From NCBI GenBank assembly GCA_965214775.1, contig OZ243974.1, forward strand, positions 1,760,001-1,824,000: a DNA stretch of 64,000 bases, read 5' to 3'. The position numbers were made by a program, and so were the translations under genes. The notes under the pieces are model-generated. The model searched no databases, had not been told where the DNA came from, and saw only the letters and a program-made list of their open reading frames with translations. Positions 55,445 through 64,000 of this stretch are shown here, piece by piece; position 1 is the stretch's first letter; each line of letters begins with the position of its first letter. Origin of the DNA: Nitrosopumilus sp. (GTDB taxonomy: Archaea; Thermoproteota; Nitrososphaeria; Nitrososphaerales; Nitrosopumilaceae).

Positions 55445-55552
55445 CTTCCCAGAAGCTTCAGTTTCCCCGGTTTTTACAGCTTGGTCCTCAGGGCGGGCTG
55501 GTTCTAGGCTCAAAACTTCCCAGAAGCTTCAGTTTCCCCGGTTTTTACAGCT
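55445..55552. repeat. perfect 37-bp direct repeat flanking a 34-bp unique insert
   Basis: CTTCCCAGAAGCTTCAGTTTCCCCGGTTTTTACAGCT at 55445-55481 and 55516-55552. Confidence 0.95.
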
Positions 55553-55801
55553 GCGACACCACTTGGCGTTGCCGTATTTTTCCCTGATTTGGCTTTCCCT
55601 GTCATGCCTGCAATGATAGTAAGCAGAGTTTGCCGACTCCGGTTTTAACAGATTCATAAATTCTGTGTTAAGGTGTCCGCATCTGCGATGATGTATTTTG
55701 CTTCTTGATATCGGTTTTCTGACTATCAGCACGATATCCATAGGCGAGATCTCGTCAAACTGCTGCCTGCCTGTGATTTCATTCAATCCCATCCACCCCA
55801 T
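55529..55801 (-). CDS. small Zn-binding hypothetical protein
   Basis: IHHRRC...WCRSC. Confidence 0.6.
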   Translation of the reverse strand: MGWMGLNEITGRQQFDEISPMDIVLIVRKPISRSKIHHRRCGHLNTEFMNLLKPESANSAYYHCRHDRESQIREKYGNAKWCRSCKNRGN

Positions 55802-56047
55802 GCCTTCTGAGGCTGCCCGACCCTGTCTGCAGGAATAGCACCAATCATCTTCACCATGCCAATTTCATGTTGGCATAAAAACACGTGTCTGGCATGATCA
55901 TGCGCAGGCCGAATGCCGGGATTTTTATAATACCGCCTCCAATATATCGTGAGTTCGCTCCTTGCGTCCTTGGTTTCGATCAGGATTGCAGGCCCCGCCG
56001 GGCATTATGCATGTGCCCGTTTTGCGAAGGCGGGGAGCTTTTTCCTT

Positions 56048-56121
56048 GGGGGTGTAGTTTAGACTGGATAGAATGCCAGATTCGCAACTGGAGATTGAGG
56101 GTTCGAATCCCTCCATCCCCT
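56048..56121 (+). tRNA. tRNA-like gene or pseudo-tRNA with irregular anticodon arm (CGC-like)
   Basis: GGGGGTG/CATCCCC acceptor, D arm, GAGGG-TTCGAAT-CCCTC T arm; anticodon arm CCAG-ATTCGCAA-CTGG. Confidence 0.7.
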
Positions 56122-56304
56122 TGACTACCGAGAGGGGACATGATTACAAGGTCACCTAGAAGAGTTTCTTTCGTTACCTGTACCATTGATTCCGCAAAAC
56201 CGTTTTGCGTGTAAACACGCAAAAGTGTGGCGCGCAAGTGATTGTACCCAAATGGAATCATGGATCATGACGCGGTTAAATGGTTGGATGAATCCGGATG
56301 TTGA

Positions 56305-56541
56305 ATGTCTCGTAAGCACTCAAAATCCGCCTAGGGATTAATGATTGTTGGATTTGCAGGCCTGTCTATTGGCATCGTTTTGTTCTTGGACTTGTTTGAG
56401 CTGGGCAAAGAAAACATCGGTACGGTCTTAATGACGTCCGGAGGAGTCATCATCGGAATAGGTTCCGGGGCGTTGATTGCCTCAAGATCATCCAACCGGC
56501 AGAATCCGCCTGCCCGGCCGCGCAGAGTCACCCGTCTTTGA
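56305..56541 (+). CDS. small two-TM protein
   Basis: Paralogue of 54511-54708; start uncertain. Confidence 0.5.
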
Positions 56542-56657
56542 CCTGTCATGCAGAAATCCACATGTGACTGCGATTTTCACGTCCAGACAGTGGTGAACGC
56601 TGCCTGATCCGCACCGGCCATCCCGTGCTTAAATGTCACGGCACATCGACACTGTAC

Positions 56658-56921
56658 ATGTCTCCCAGAAACCTCGTCACAATGATCAGCGCCGCCGGCG
56701 GCAAGGCGTGCGGCAGCTGGAGGCCATCCGTTGACAGGCTCCACTCCCCCCTGACGGTGCCGGCACTCGTAATCATGAGCCTGTACGTTGCGCTCCTCTC
56801 GTCCCTCGGCCTGATCGGGGATCCGGACTCGGAGCGGTACCTGATGGCCGCAAGCTACGGGATGATTCTTCTTGCAATCTGCATCGCGTGGTCGTGCGTC
56901 CTCAAACCGTCGCATGATTGA
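56658..56921 (+). CDS. small membrane protein
   Basis: Two hydrophobic helices. Confidence 0.4.
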   Translation: MSPRNLVTMISAAGGKACGSWRPSVDRLHSPLTVPALVIMSLYVALLSSLGLIGDPDSERYLMAASYGMILLAICIAWSCVLKPSHD

Positions 56922-58604
56922 ATCCGGCGGCCCAGGGCCGTGCGATGCACGCTCCCTCTATCCCGCACCACTTTTCTGAACACACAAATACTTGAACGGA
57001 TTCAGTTTGATGGTTGACTGACTGGGGCCTGGGGGTGTTCACCATGATATCCATAATAGACTTTATGCGTAATCGGCCCATCTGATCTAAAAATACGACA
57101 CAATAGATCATTATTTGCACACCAACAACCCTAAAGATCTGTATGATTCCCTAACTGTATGGGCTCAAATGACAAGACTCTCCAAGCATTTCAAGCGTTA
57201 CAAGCGCAACACGAGATGCTAGTCGAGCAACACGAGATGCTAGTCGAGCAACACGAGCAGGTATCCAAGCAAAACAAACAGATGTCCAAGCAAAACGAGC
57301 GTATGAGGAAGCAGCTTGCGTTTGAGGACTCGTTGTGGCAGTCCGAAGAAAACAAGACAAAAAGAGTCGTGCGCGGCGGGACGCCTCTGCGGATGCACGC
57401 AATCGAGGTTGCAGACGGCATAATCGGCGATCCGGTGCGCCTTCGCAACGTCACGGGATGCACAAAGGAGTCATTTGAGATCATACTGGAGCGCTTTACG
57501 GAAGAAGTCATGGACGACGAGGACAGACCCCTGTTCTGGGAGGACGACGTAAGAGGCGGCGATGCCGGAAACCGGTGCAAGCTGTACATCAGGCACGCGC
57601 TGCTTGCAGTACTCATGAGCATAAGGACCAAGGCAACGCAGCATCATCTGGCCGCAACGTTTGACGTCGACCAGTCCACAATGTCCAGGTACCTCCGGTA
57701 CGGTGCCGTGTTACTGCGCCAGATCCTGCCTGCCTCCGAAAAGCTAACAAGCATCATCTGCAAGACCCCGGCAGGCAAGCTGGAGGAGGTGCTGATCCCA
57801 AAAAAGACGCTCCTGATTGACGGCACCCTGACTCCGGTAGACAGGCCCGGGGACAGGACCGCAAGAAAGACCAGATACTCGGGAAGAAAAAAGCGGCACA
57901 TGTTCAACACGATAATTACCTCGAACCTGGACGGCCTCATACTGCACTGCGGCAAGACTGTGGACGGAAGCGTCAACGACAAGGGCGTGATGAACGCAGG
58001 GGGCGGCCCGGACTTTGGAAGGCACACCGGATCAATGAGGAATGCAAAAAACGCAGACGATCCGGAAGAGGCGTTTGTGATTTACAGCGACCTGGGATTT
58101 GAGGGCATTCAAAAGATGCTTCCGGGCGCCATACACAGGCAGCCCCCAAAGAAGCCCAGGGACGGGGATCTTACTGCAACACAAAAGAGGCGCCGCAAGC
58201 AGATAAGCAGGGTTCGCGTCAGGGTGGAGCACCACATAGGGCGGCTCAAAAGATATGGCATTCTTACCATGCCGTTTGGCGGAACTGCCAAGGATCTCAA
58301 TTATTTCATGCAGATAATCACGGGTCTTGAGAACCTCAAGACGATGTTGAAAAGGAAAAAATACTATGGCCAGCTGCTGCAGCAGCTGCATCTGCTGCCA
58401 GACACATGACATACGGCGGTACGGACCGCCATTCTTTCTGACTTGTCAAAGGGGCACATTGCCGTGCTGCATGGTTGCGCACGTTCTTTTGGCGCAACTG
58501 GCTTTTACGTGCGTCATGACACGAGATGCATGCGGTAATTTGATCCGATCAGCGCATTTGCGTTTGGAAAAGCCTACGGAATTTTTAATCACGGTCGATT
58601 ACGC

Positions 58605-60063
58605 TAGTTTGTTGCATAACTCCGACTAGAGCCAAGTCAGTCCGCCCGGATCACTACTGGCACCAGGTTCCTACACGGCAGCCACCGCCTCTGCTATCCA
58701 CTTGTTGTACAGCCATATCCTCAGCTTTACTTCCTGCACTATATTGGACCACTTGAGGGCCATTACGCATTCGCCGAACATACGCTTTATGGCCGATATC
58801 ACGATCTCGACGATCCATCTGCTGCCAAAGCCGACCGTGCTCTTCCAGTACCGCAGGTTCTCCTGTCTTTCCTCCTTTGAGAGATCACCCACAGGCACCT
58901 CGGGGCCGCCCCCGAGCTGCCATCGCACCAGCCGGCCCCACTTGTCGCCGGTGCCCTTGCCCTTTGCATTGCAACTTGTCAAAAGCCGTATGAGTGGTTT
59001 TATGCCGCGTTTGTGGCACTCGGCTACGTTTTTCCTTGAGCCGTATGCGCCGTCTGCAAGCAGGATCTTTCCCGGTATATCTGGATTCGCGCCGGTGCCG
59101 AGTACAGCCAGCGGCGATGTCCCGTCTGCAAGCATGTTGGGGATCTTGACTGTATCCGCGCTGTCGGTGCGGCTCTGCTCCTCTTCCTTCTTGATGTTCT
59201 TGACTGTATCCGCGCTGTCGGTGCGGCTCTGCTCCTCTTCCTTCTTGATGTTCTTGACTGTATCCGCGCTGTCGGTGCGGCTCTGCTCCTCTTCCTTCTT
59301 GATGTTCTTGACTGTATCCGCGCTGTCGGTGCGGCTCTGCTCCTCTTCCTTCTTGATGTTCTTGACTGCATCCGCGCTGTCGGTGCGGCTCTGCTCCTCT
59401 TCCTCCTCTTCCTTCTTGATGTTCTTGACTGCATCCTCAAGCAGTGCCGGCAGTTCCGTGCTGTCGCCGATTGCATCACTTGTGACAGATACTGCCAGCA
59501 CCTGCTTGGTGTCTGCATCGACCATCAGGTGCATCTTGACAAATCCGCGCCTTACCTTCCATTTCTTGCATATCCACTCGCCCCGGTTGTGCTGCTTGAG
59601 GCCAGTGGCATCGGCTATCATGACCAGGTTGCGGGACTTGTCGCGCACCGTGATTATGTTCTCTGCAATGTCGACGTCAAGCTTCTGTATCCTTCTGAAT
59701 ATCGTGGTGTAACACGGCGAGTCCGCACCCTTTAGCATCTCCCCGAGCATACCTGACAGCTGCCTGTACTTTAGCATGAATGCGGTCCTGAGGGCGGCTG
59801 CGGCCATTATCATGCCTTCTGCATACAGGAACGGGGCGCCCTCCTTGTGGCGGTTGGCAGCCTTGAGATCCTTCTCCCAGTCCGGGTTGTACTTGACGAC
59901 CAGGCCTGCCCCTCTCTCTACGTACTTTGCATTATCCGTGCGTGTCAATGTATACAATACGAGGCATCCTCATGATCCATTACTTTTTCGGTCAGAATTA
60001 GTTGATCATTCCGGTGATTTTCAGTAAAGTTTCAAATTTTAGGCAGGGTTATGCAACAAACTA
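58605..60063 (-). mobile_element. IS5-family (IS903-like) element, transposase 58671-59957
   Basis: IR TAGTTTGTTGCATAAC; 8-bp TSD GATTACGC; ADATGLK, KMHL, ADGAY, RWIVE. Confidence 0.93.
59145..59435 (-). repeat. 54-bp (18-aa) tandem repeat, about 5 copies, inside the transposase
   Basis: VKNIKKEEEQSRTDSADT units. Confidence 0.95.
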
Positions 60064-60080
60064 GATTACGCATAAAGTCT

Positions 60081-60750
60081 ATTAGTGGTGTCCCAAAAGG
60101 GAATAGAGGCAGTCGAGGACTACCTGTTGGGAAGATACCACATGTACAAGGGAGTGTATTACCACAAAACCATCCGCTGCATGGAAAATATGCTGATCAA
60201 TACATTCAAGCGCGCGTCTGCCCTGAGCAAAGAACGCAACAAGATAGCAGACATTACGAAGCCGGTCACACCCGACATGATGCTTCCTCTGGACGATCAT
60301 ACGTGCAATTGGGCTATACGCGATTGGAGCAAGTCATCAGATAAGATCCTAAGTGATCTGTCCAAGCGCCTGATCGATAGGAAGCTGTTGAAGACGCATC
60401 AGATTACCAAAGACGAAGTGATCAAGACGTCGTTGAACAAATGGTCAGAGATTGAAAAGGCGTTCAAAAAGAGAAAGCTCAATTTTGAGTATTATTTTAT
60501 ACAAGATGCCAAGAAAGAATCCGGTTACGATCCGTACGCTGCCACAAATCCCGATGATGAGCAGACTGCGATAAGCCACATCATGATCAATACAAAACTA
60601 GGAGAGCTAAAAGAGATATCAGAGGTATCATCCATAGTCAAGGCAATAAGCCGAGAAGACCGCAGTTCAGTCAGGATCTTTTATCCGGAAGAACTTTCAC
60701 ATGAGATGGACAAAATGCTTACCGGTAGCTTAAATACCGGCAATGGGTAA
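60081..60750 (+). pseudogene. HD-domain phosphohydrolase (YwfO/SAMHD1-like), C-terminal part only
   Basis: RYHMYKGVYYHKTIR and LDD...DLSKRLIDRKL; no HD motif; starts at the IS end. Confidence 0.8.
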
Positions 60751-60752
60751 CG

Positions 60753-61292
60753 GTGGATGGCAACATGGCAATAATTGATGACGTGGGACTGTTATGCCTG
60801 ATGATTGATGGCAATGCCAACAAAGAGATCATAGGAAGAACCAGACTGCAGAAGATAGGATACTTTTGCAGGTATCTGGACTGGAACATCAGGGATTACA
60901 GGCTACACTATTATGGGCCGTTCTCCCTTGCGCTTGCAGACACGGTGGAGACTGCAGAGTCGATCAAATTGATCAGTCAGAGCGCAGACACGCCGCATAG
61001 ATTAAGGCTGACGGGCAAGGGAGAAGACCTGGTACGTAAATTTGAAGACAACGTATGTGATCCCACAAAGGTGAAAAAGACGCGAGATCTTGTAAAGCTC
61101 CTGTCGGGATGGGAGATCAAGGAGCTTGAGCTTGCCGCAACCATTGACTTTGTGGGCAGAAACGAGAGGGATCTTGCAAAGGCCAAGCTGTTGGACAAGG
61201 TGGGCATGATAAAGAAGAACTTTTCTCCCAAACAAATCCAGGATGCATACAAAAAATGGAAAGAGATCATGGCATCCATAGGCAATGCATGA
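60753..61292 (+). CDS. YwgA/SocA-like protein
   Basis: GRTRLQKIGYF...YYGPFS...LELAAT. Confidence 0.75.
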   Translation: MDGNMAIIDDVGLLCLMIDGNANKEIIGRTRLQKIGYFCRYLDWNIRDYRLHYYGPFSLALADTVETAESIKLISQSADTPHRLRLTGKGEDLVRKFEDNVCDPTKVKKTRDLVKLLSGWEIKELELAATIDFVGRNERDLAKAKLLDKVGMIKKNFSPKQIQDAYKKWKEIMASIGNA

Positions 61293-61321
61293 TCACACAA
61301 AACGTGCATACAGATTCCTAT

Positions 61322-61438
61322 AGACTTTATGCGTAATCGGTTCAGATCCAGGGTTGTTACGAACAAATTCGTCTCATTCAGGTCGATTACGCATAAAGTC
61401 TAATAATCCAAGATCTACACGGATTACGCATAAAGTCT
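61322..61438. mobile_element. MITE family D with duplicated right end
   Basis: Right IR ends at 61401 and again at 61438; TSD TAT matches the outer end. Confidence 0.8.
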
Positions 61439-61459
61439 TATGTTTACCGACTCGCTATT

Positions 61460-61580
61460 CAGTCTTCCCAGAAGTAACCCGGAAAACGGCTCCGGACTTG
61501 AGGCAAACCAAGTTATGACGCCTGCAGATTCACTTGCCGGCATCTGGACAGTCATGAATCGCGTACTTCTGGGAAGACTG
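61460..61580. mobile_element. MITE family B
   Basis: Near-identical to 11705-11825. Confidence 0.9.
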
Positions 61581-61606
61581 CTTTGCACACTGGTGATTTT
61601 TTTCGA

Positions 61607-62179
61607 TTATTCTTTTGAAGAACTTTCATCCTTTGATACCTCTCCGGCAGCAGGAGTCTCTCCTTTTTGTTCTGGCTGTGTTTTCTCTAACATTTCAGGG
61701 ATTTTTGATTCTGGTGAAAAATGGATGTTGTCTTCCTCGGCAACAGTCACCGTGTATGATGGAATGTCTACCTTTCTTTCTCCAACCATGATGTGGCCGT
61801 GTACTACTGCCTGTCTGGCTTGATAAGGTGTTTTGAACCCTAATTTTTTAGTAACAACGGTTTGCAGTCTTCTTGCAAGCAAATCATTGACGTTAAGGTT
61901 CAACACGTCATCCAAAGTCGCATCGCTGCTTACCAGTCCAATTCTTGCAAGCGATTTCATCAGAATGGGTTCTTTTTCAGCTCTTACTTCTTGTCTTAGC
62001 GCAAGCAATGATCTTGCCTGATGCCTGACCCGTGATAATTCTGTGTGAGCCTTCCATAATTCTCTTTTAGTTCTTAATCCAAAAGTACCCAGTGTTTTTA
62101 GCTCCTCCATTTTTAATTCATAATTAAGAGGCCTCTTTGGCTTTCTCCAAACTCTACGTGGATATTTTGGATCTCCCAT
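61607..62179 (-). CDS. rps4: 30S ribosomal protein S4 (uS4)
   Basis: MGDPK, RRLQT, ARQAVVHGHI. Confidence 0.97.
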   Translation of the reverse strand: MGDPKYPRRVWRKPKRPLNYELKMEELKTLGTFGLRTKRELWKAHTELSRVRHQARSLLALRQEVRAEKEPILMKSLARIGLVSSDATLDDVLNLNVNDLLARRLQTVVTKKLGFKTPYQARQAVVHGHIMVGERKVDIPSYTVTVAEEDNIHFSPESKIPEMLEKTQPEQKGETPAAGEVSKDESSSKE

Positions 62180-62188
62180 TCAGAACAC

Positions 62189-62791
62189 CTACTCTTTTTT
62201 CTCCGTTGGAGATTCTTCCTTCTTCTTTTTCTCTTCTTCTCCTGCTGCTGCTGATGTAGGCGCATCGCCTGAAGGGGACGCCGCCGCCGATGCTGCTGTT
62301 GTAGAGGCTGCCGGAGCTGCTGCCTTCTTTGCCGGAGCTGCCATTCCGCCTTTAGCTACGCCAACTGCCCCTCCTTTTCTTCCGGAAGTTCTGGTTCTTT
62401 GCCCTCTAACTTTTAATCCGCTTAGATGGCGATAACCTCTCCAACTGGCGACAACCCTTTCCCTTTCAATATCGTTTCTTAATGTAAATGGAATGTCTGA
62501 TGTAAGCAGATGCAAATCTTTCCCTGTCTCGATATCTTTTTGTCTGTTGAGAAACCATGTTGGGAAATTTGATGATTTAGGGTTTGTGATCAGTTTCTCA
62601 ATTCCTTGAACATCGGCATCTGACAGGTTTCCGATGTTTGAATTTGAATTGATCTTCAAAGTGTCCAAAATTGCAGTGGCAAAATTGTATCCAATGCCCT
62701 TTATTTGGGACAGTCCTACGATGGTCTTCTTCTCTCCGGGGATATCGTTTCCCACGATTCTGACAATGTGTCTGTATTCTTGGCTACTCAA
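62189..62791 (-). CDS. rps13: 30S ribosomal protein S13 (uS13)
   Basis: WRGYRH...VRGQRTRT; long Ala-rich tail. Confidence 0.97.
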   Translation of the reverse strand: MSSQEYRHIVRIVGNDIPGEKKTIVGLSQIKGIGYNFATAILDTLKINSNSNIGNLSDADVQGIEKLITNPKSSNFPTWFLNRQKDIETGKDLHLLTSDIPFTLRNDIERERVVASWRGYRHLSGLKVRGQRTRTSGRKGGAVGVAKGGMAAPAKKAAAPAASTTAASAAASPSGDAPTSAAAGEEEKKKKEESPTEKKE

Positions 62792-62843
62792 GTATTCCCA
62801 AATTCTAAGAATCCCCGATAAAAACCATGCTAGGCCCCCAGCG

Positions 62844-62933
62844 GTACGAGTTTACCCCTTGGACATCCTGGTGTCTGGAGCCTTTATGATCACGCCTGTC
62901 ATGCCATATCTCCGGTGAGGGGCAAACTCACAC
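62844..62933. mobile_element. MITE family F
   Basis: GTACGAGTTTACCCC...GGGGCAAACTCACAC. Confidence 0.8.
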
Positions 62934-63053
62934 CATCCATTGAATTACAAAGTGGGATTTGTCATAAACGCAACGGATAATTCTAGGCCTTATTTTGCAG
63001 AGGGGCAAACAAGTGAAGGCGCAGTAACACAATTCACATCTGGACTTCCGAGC

Positions 63054-63183
63054 GGGGTTGTCGCCTAATTCCACCTGCCGGACTCAATCCGCACGTCTTT
63101 CTGAATCTCCGCCATTTTTGCACGCCTAGTCCGGATAACATCGTATGATTTTCAGAAATTCTGACGAATTAGGCGGCAACCCC
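63054..63183. mobile_element. MITE family J (ends of the IS at 52537-53816)
   Basis: IR GGGGTTG(T/C)CGCCTAATTC; 9-bp TSD CTTCCGAGC. Confidence 0.9.
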
Positions 63184-63232
63184 CTTCCGAGCATGACCTG
63201 CCACCCAAAATGACTAATTTTTTTTGCATAAA

Positions 63233-63385
63233 TTATCTAAAGTCTTCATCCTCTGTCCAATCATTTCCCTGAACATTCCATTGATTGCATTGACAGCATT
63301 TTTTGATGCCCCTTTGCGGATCAATATCTATGCAGTAGCAGTGTGCGCCTTTTCCTGACGGATCATTTAGACACATTTTTTGCAT
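63233..63385 (-). CDS. 50-aa Cys-rich hypothetical protein
   Basis: Own translation MQKMCLNDPSGKGAHCYC...KKCCQC. Confidence 0.4.
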   Translation of the reverse strand: MQKMCLNDPSGKGAHCYCIDIDPQRGIKKCCQCNQWNVQGNDWTEDEDFR

Positions 63386-63428
63386 TATTCTGAATTCTCC
63401 TTTTCCTAATTATAGCCATCTCTTCTTT

Positions 63429-63548
63429 CAGTCTTTCCAAAAGTTCCCAGAAAAACGGCCCACATTTGACACAATTCAGATTATGATGCCTGCAGATCCG
63501 CATGCAGCCGTCTGCACTGCCATGAGTCAGTTACATCTGTAAAGACTG
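63429..63548. mobile_element. MITE family B variant
   Basis: CAGTCTTT IR; 5-bp TSD TCTTT. Confidence 0.85.
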
Positions 63549-63593
63549 TCTTTTCAAAAAGTTTTAAATTTACAGACTTTTAAACTGAAGAAA

Positions 63594-63908
63594 ATGTCTG
63601 ATTGTTTTGATCGAGAGAAGGTTATAGAGTGCATGTTTGATCCCACAACAGCGTCAATTCTTGCGGCTTTGGAAGACGGGGAAAAGGAATGCTCATTTTT
63701 AGCACAACAGGAATCCATTTCCGAATCTAAAGTATTGGAGCTGCTCTCATACCTGATAGAACATGGATTCCTCATTCACAGTAATACAAAAGATGGCAAA
63801 TGCAAGATATCGGCAAATTCTGAAAAACTTACATCGATAGTCGAAGACAGTGAGAATTTTGACGGTACAATCAGCGGTCTTGAAAAAATGGACAGTTATC
63901 TGAATTGA
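63594..63908 (+). CDS. winged-HTH protein
   Basis: DPTTASILAALEDG...LSYLIEHGF. Confidence 0.75.
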   Translation: MSDCFDREKVIECMFDPTTASILAALEDGEKECSFLAQQESISESKVLELLSYLIEHGFLIHSNTKDGKCKISANSEKLTSIVEDSENFDGTISGLEKMDSYLN

Positions 63909-64000
63909 CCTTTTTTTCTCTTTTTGATTCCGTAAATCCATGAAATGACTAGTCCTACCATTCCTGCAATTAGGGTGTATGATGACAGAAATCCGAGGGA

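Larger units (their letters stand above)
57058..60080 (+). mobile_element. IS5-family (DDE_Tnp_4) element, transposase 57159-58409; right IR interrupted by a second IS
   Basis: IR AGACTTTATGCGTAATCG; IDGT, YSGRKK, SDLGF, RVRVEH. Confidence 0.9.

Noticed and set aside
58702-59712. Long antisense and alternate-frame ORFs over transposases (also 6244-6903, 10505-11245, 23342-24016)
   Set aside because: Shadow ORFs of GC-rich or repetitive transposase genes with no motifs.
1-64000. Canonical CRISPR array or cas genes
   Set aside because: No run of three or more identical repeats and no Cas motifs seen; the two 37-bp units have different repeat sequences.

Overview
The window comes from an ammonia-oxidising archaeon (Nitrosopumilaceae-like). 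Core genes that support this are ipk-idi-GGPP synthase, gltX, the acetyl/propionyl-CoA carboxylase trio, a malonic-semialdehyde-reductase-like Fe-ADH (3HP/4HB cycle), rps13/rps4 and tRNA-His. These core islands are separated by a very dense mobilome: IS5 (at least 4 lineages), ISH3, IS66, IS481, IS630 and IS110 copies, plus about nine MITE families. Many elements are nested or interrupt genes, which suggests a host-associated lineage undergoing IS expansion (inference). Accessory content includes an HNH nuclease, hicBA, Fic, a DUF488 pair, an HD/YwgA-like pair, a PIN fusion and a LamG-bearing S1 pseudo-protease. The most striking unexplained signal is two unrelated loci (16014-16123 and 55445-55552) where exactly 37 bp of coding DNA is duplicated around a 36- or 34-bp unique insert. 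This is CRISPR repeat-spacer-repeat geometry with different 'repeats' and no cas genes in the window, and it resembles ectopic Cas1-Cas2 spacer integration scars. A tRNA-like gene with an 8-nt anticodon loop and an upstream structured region (55960-56121) is also unexplained.
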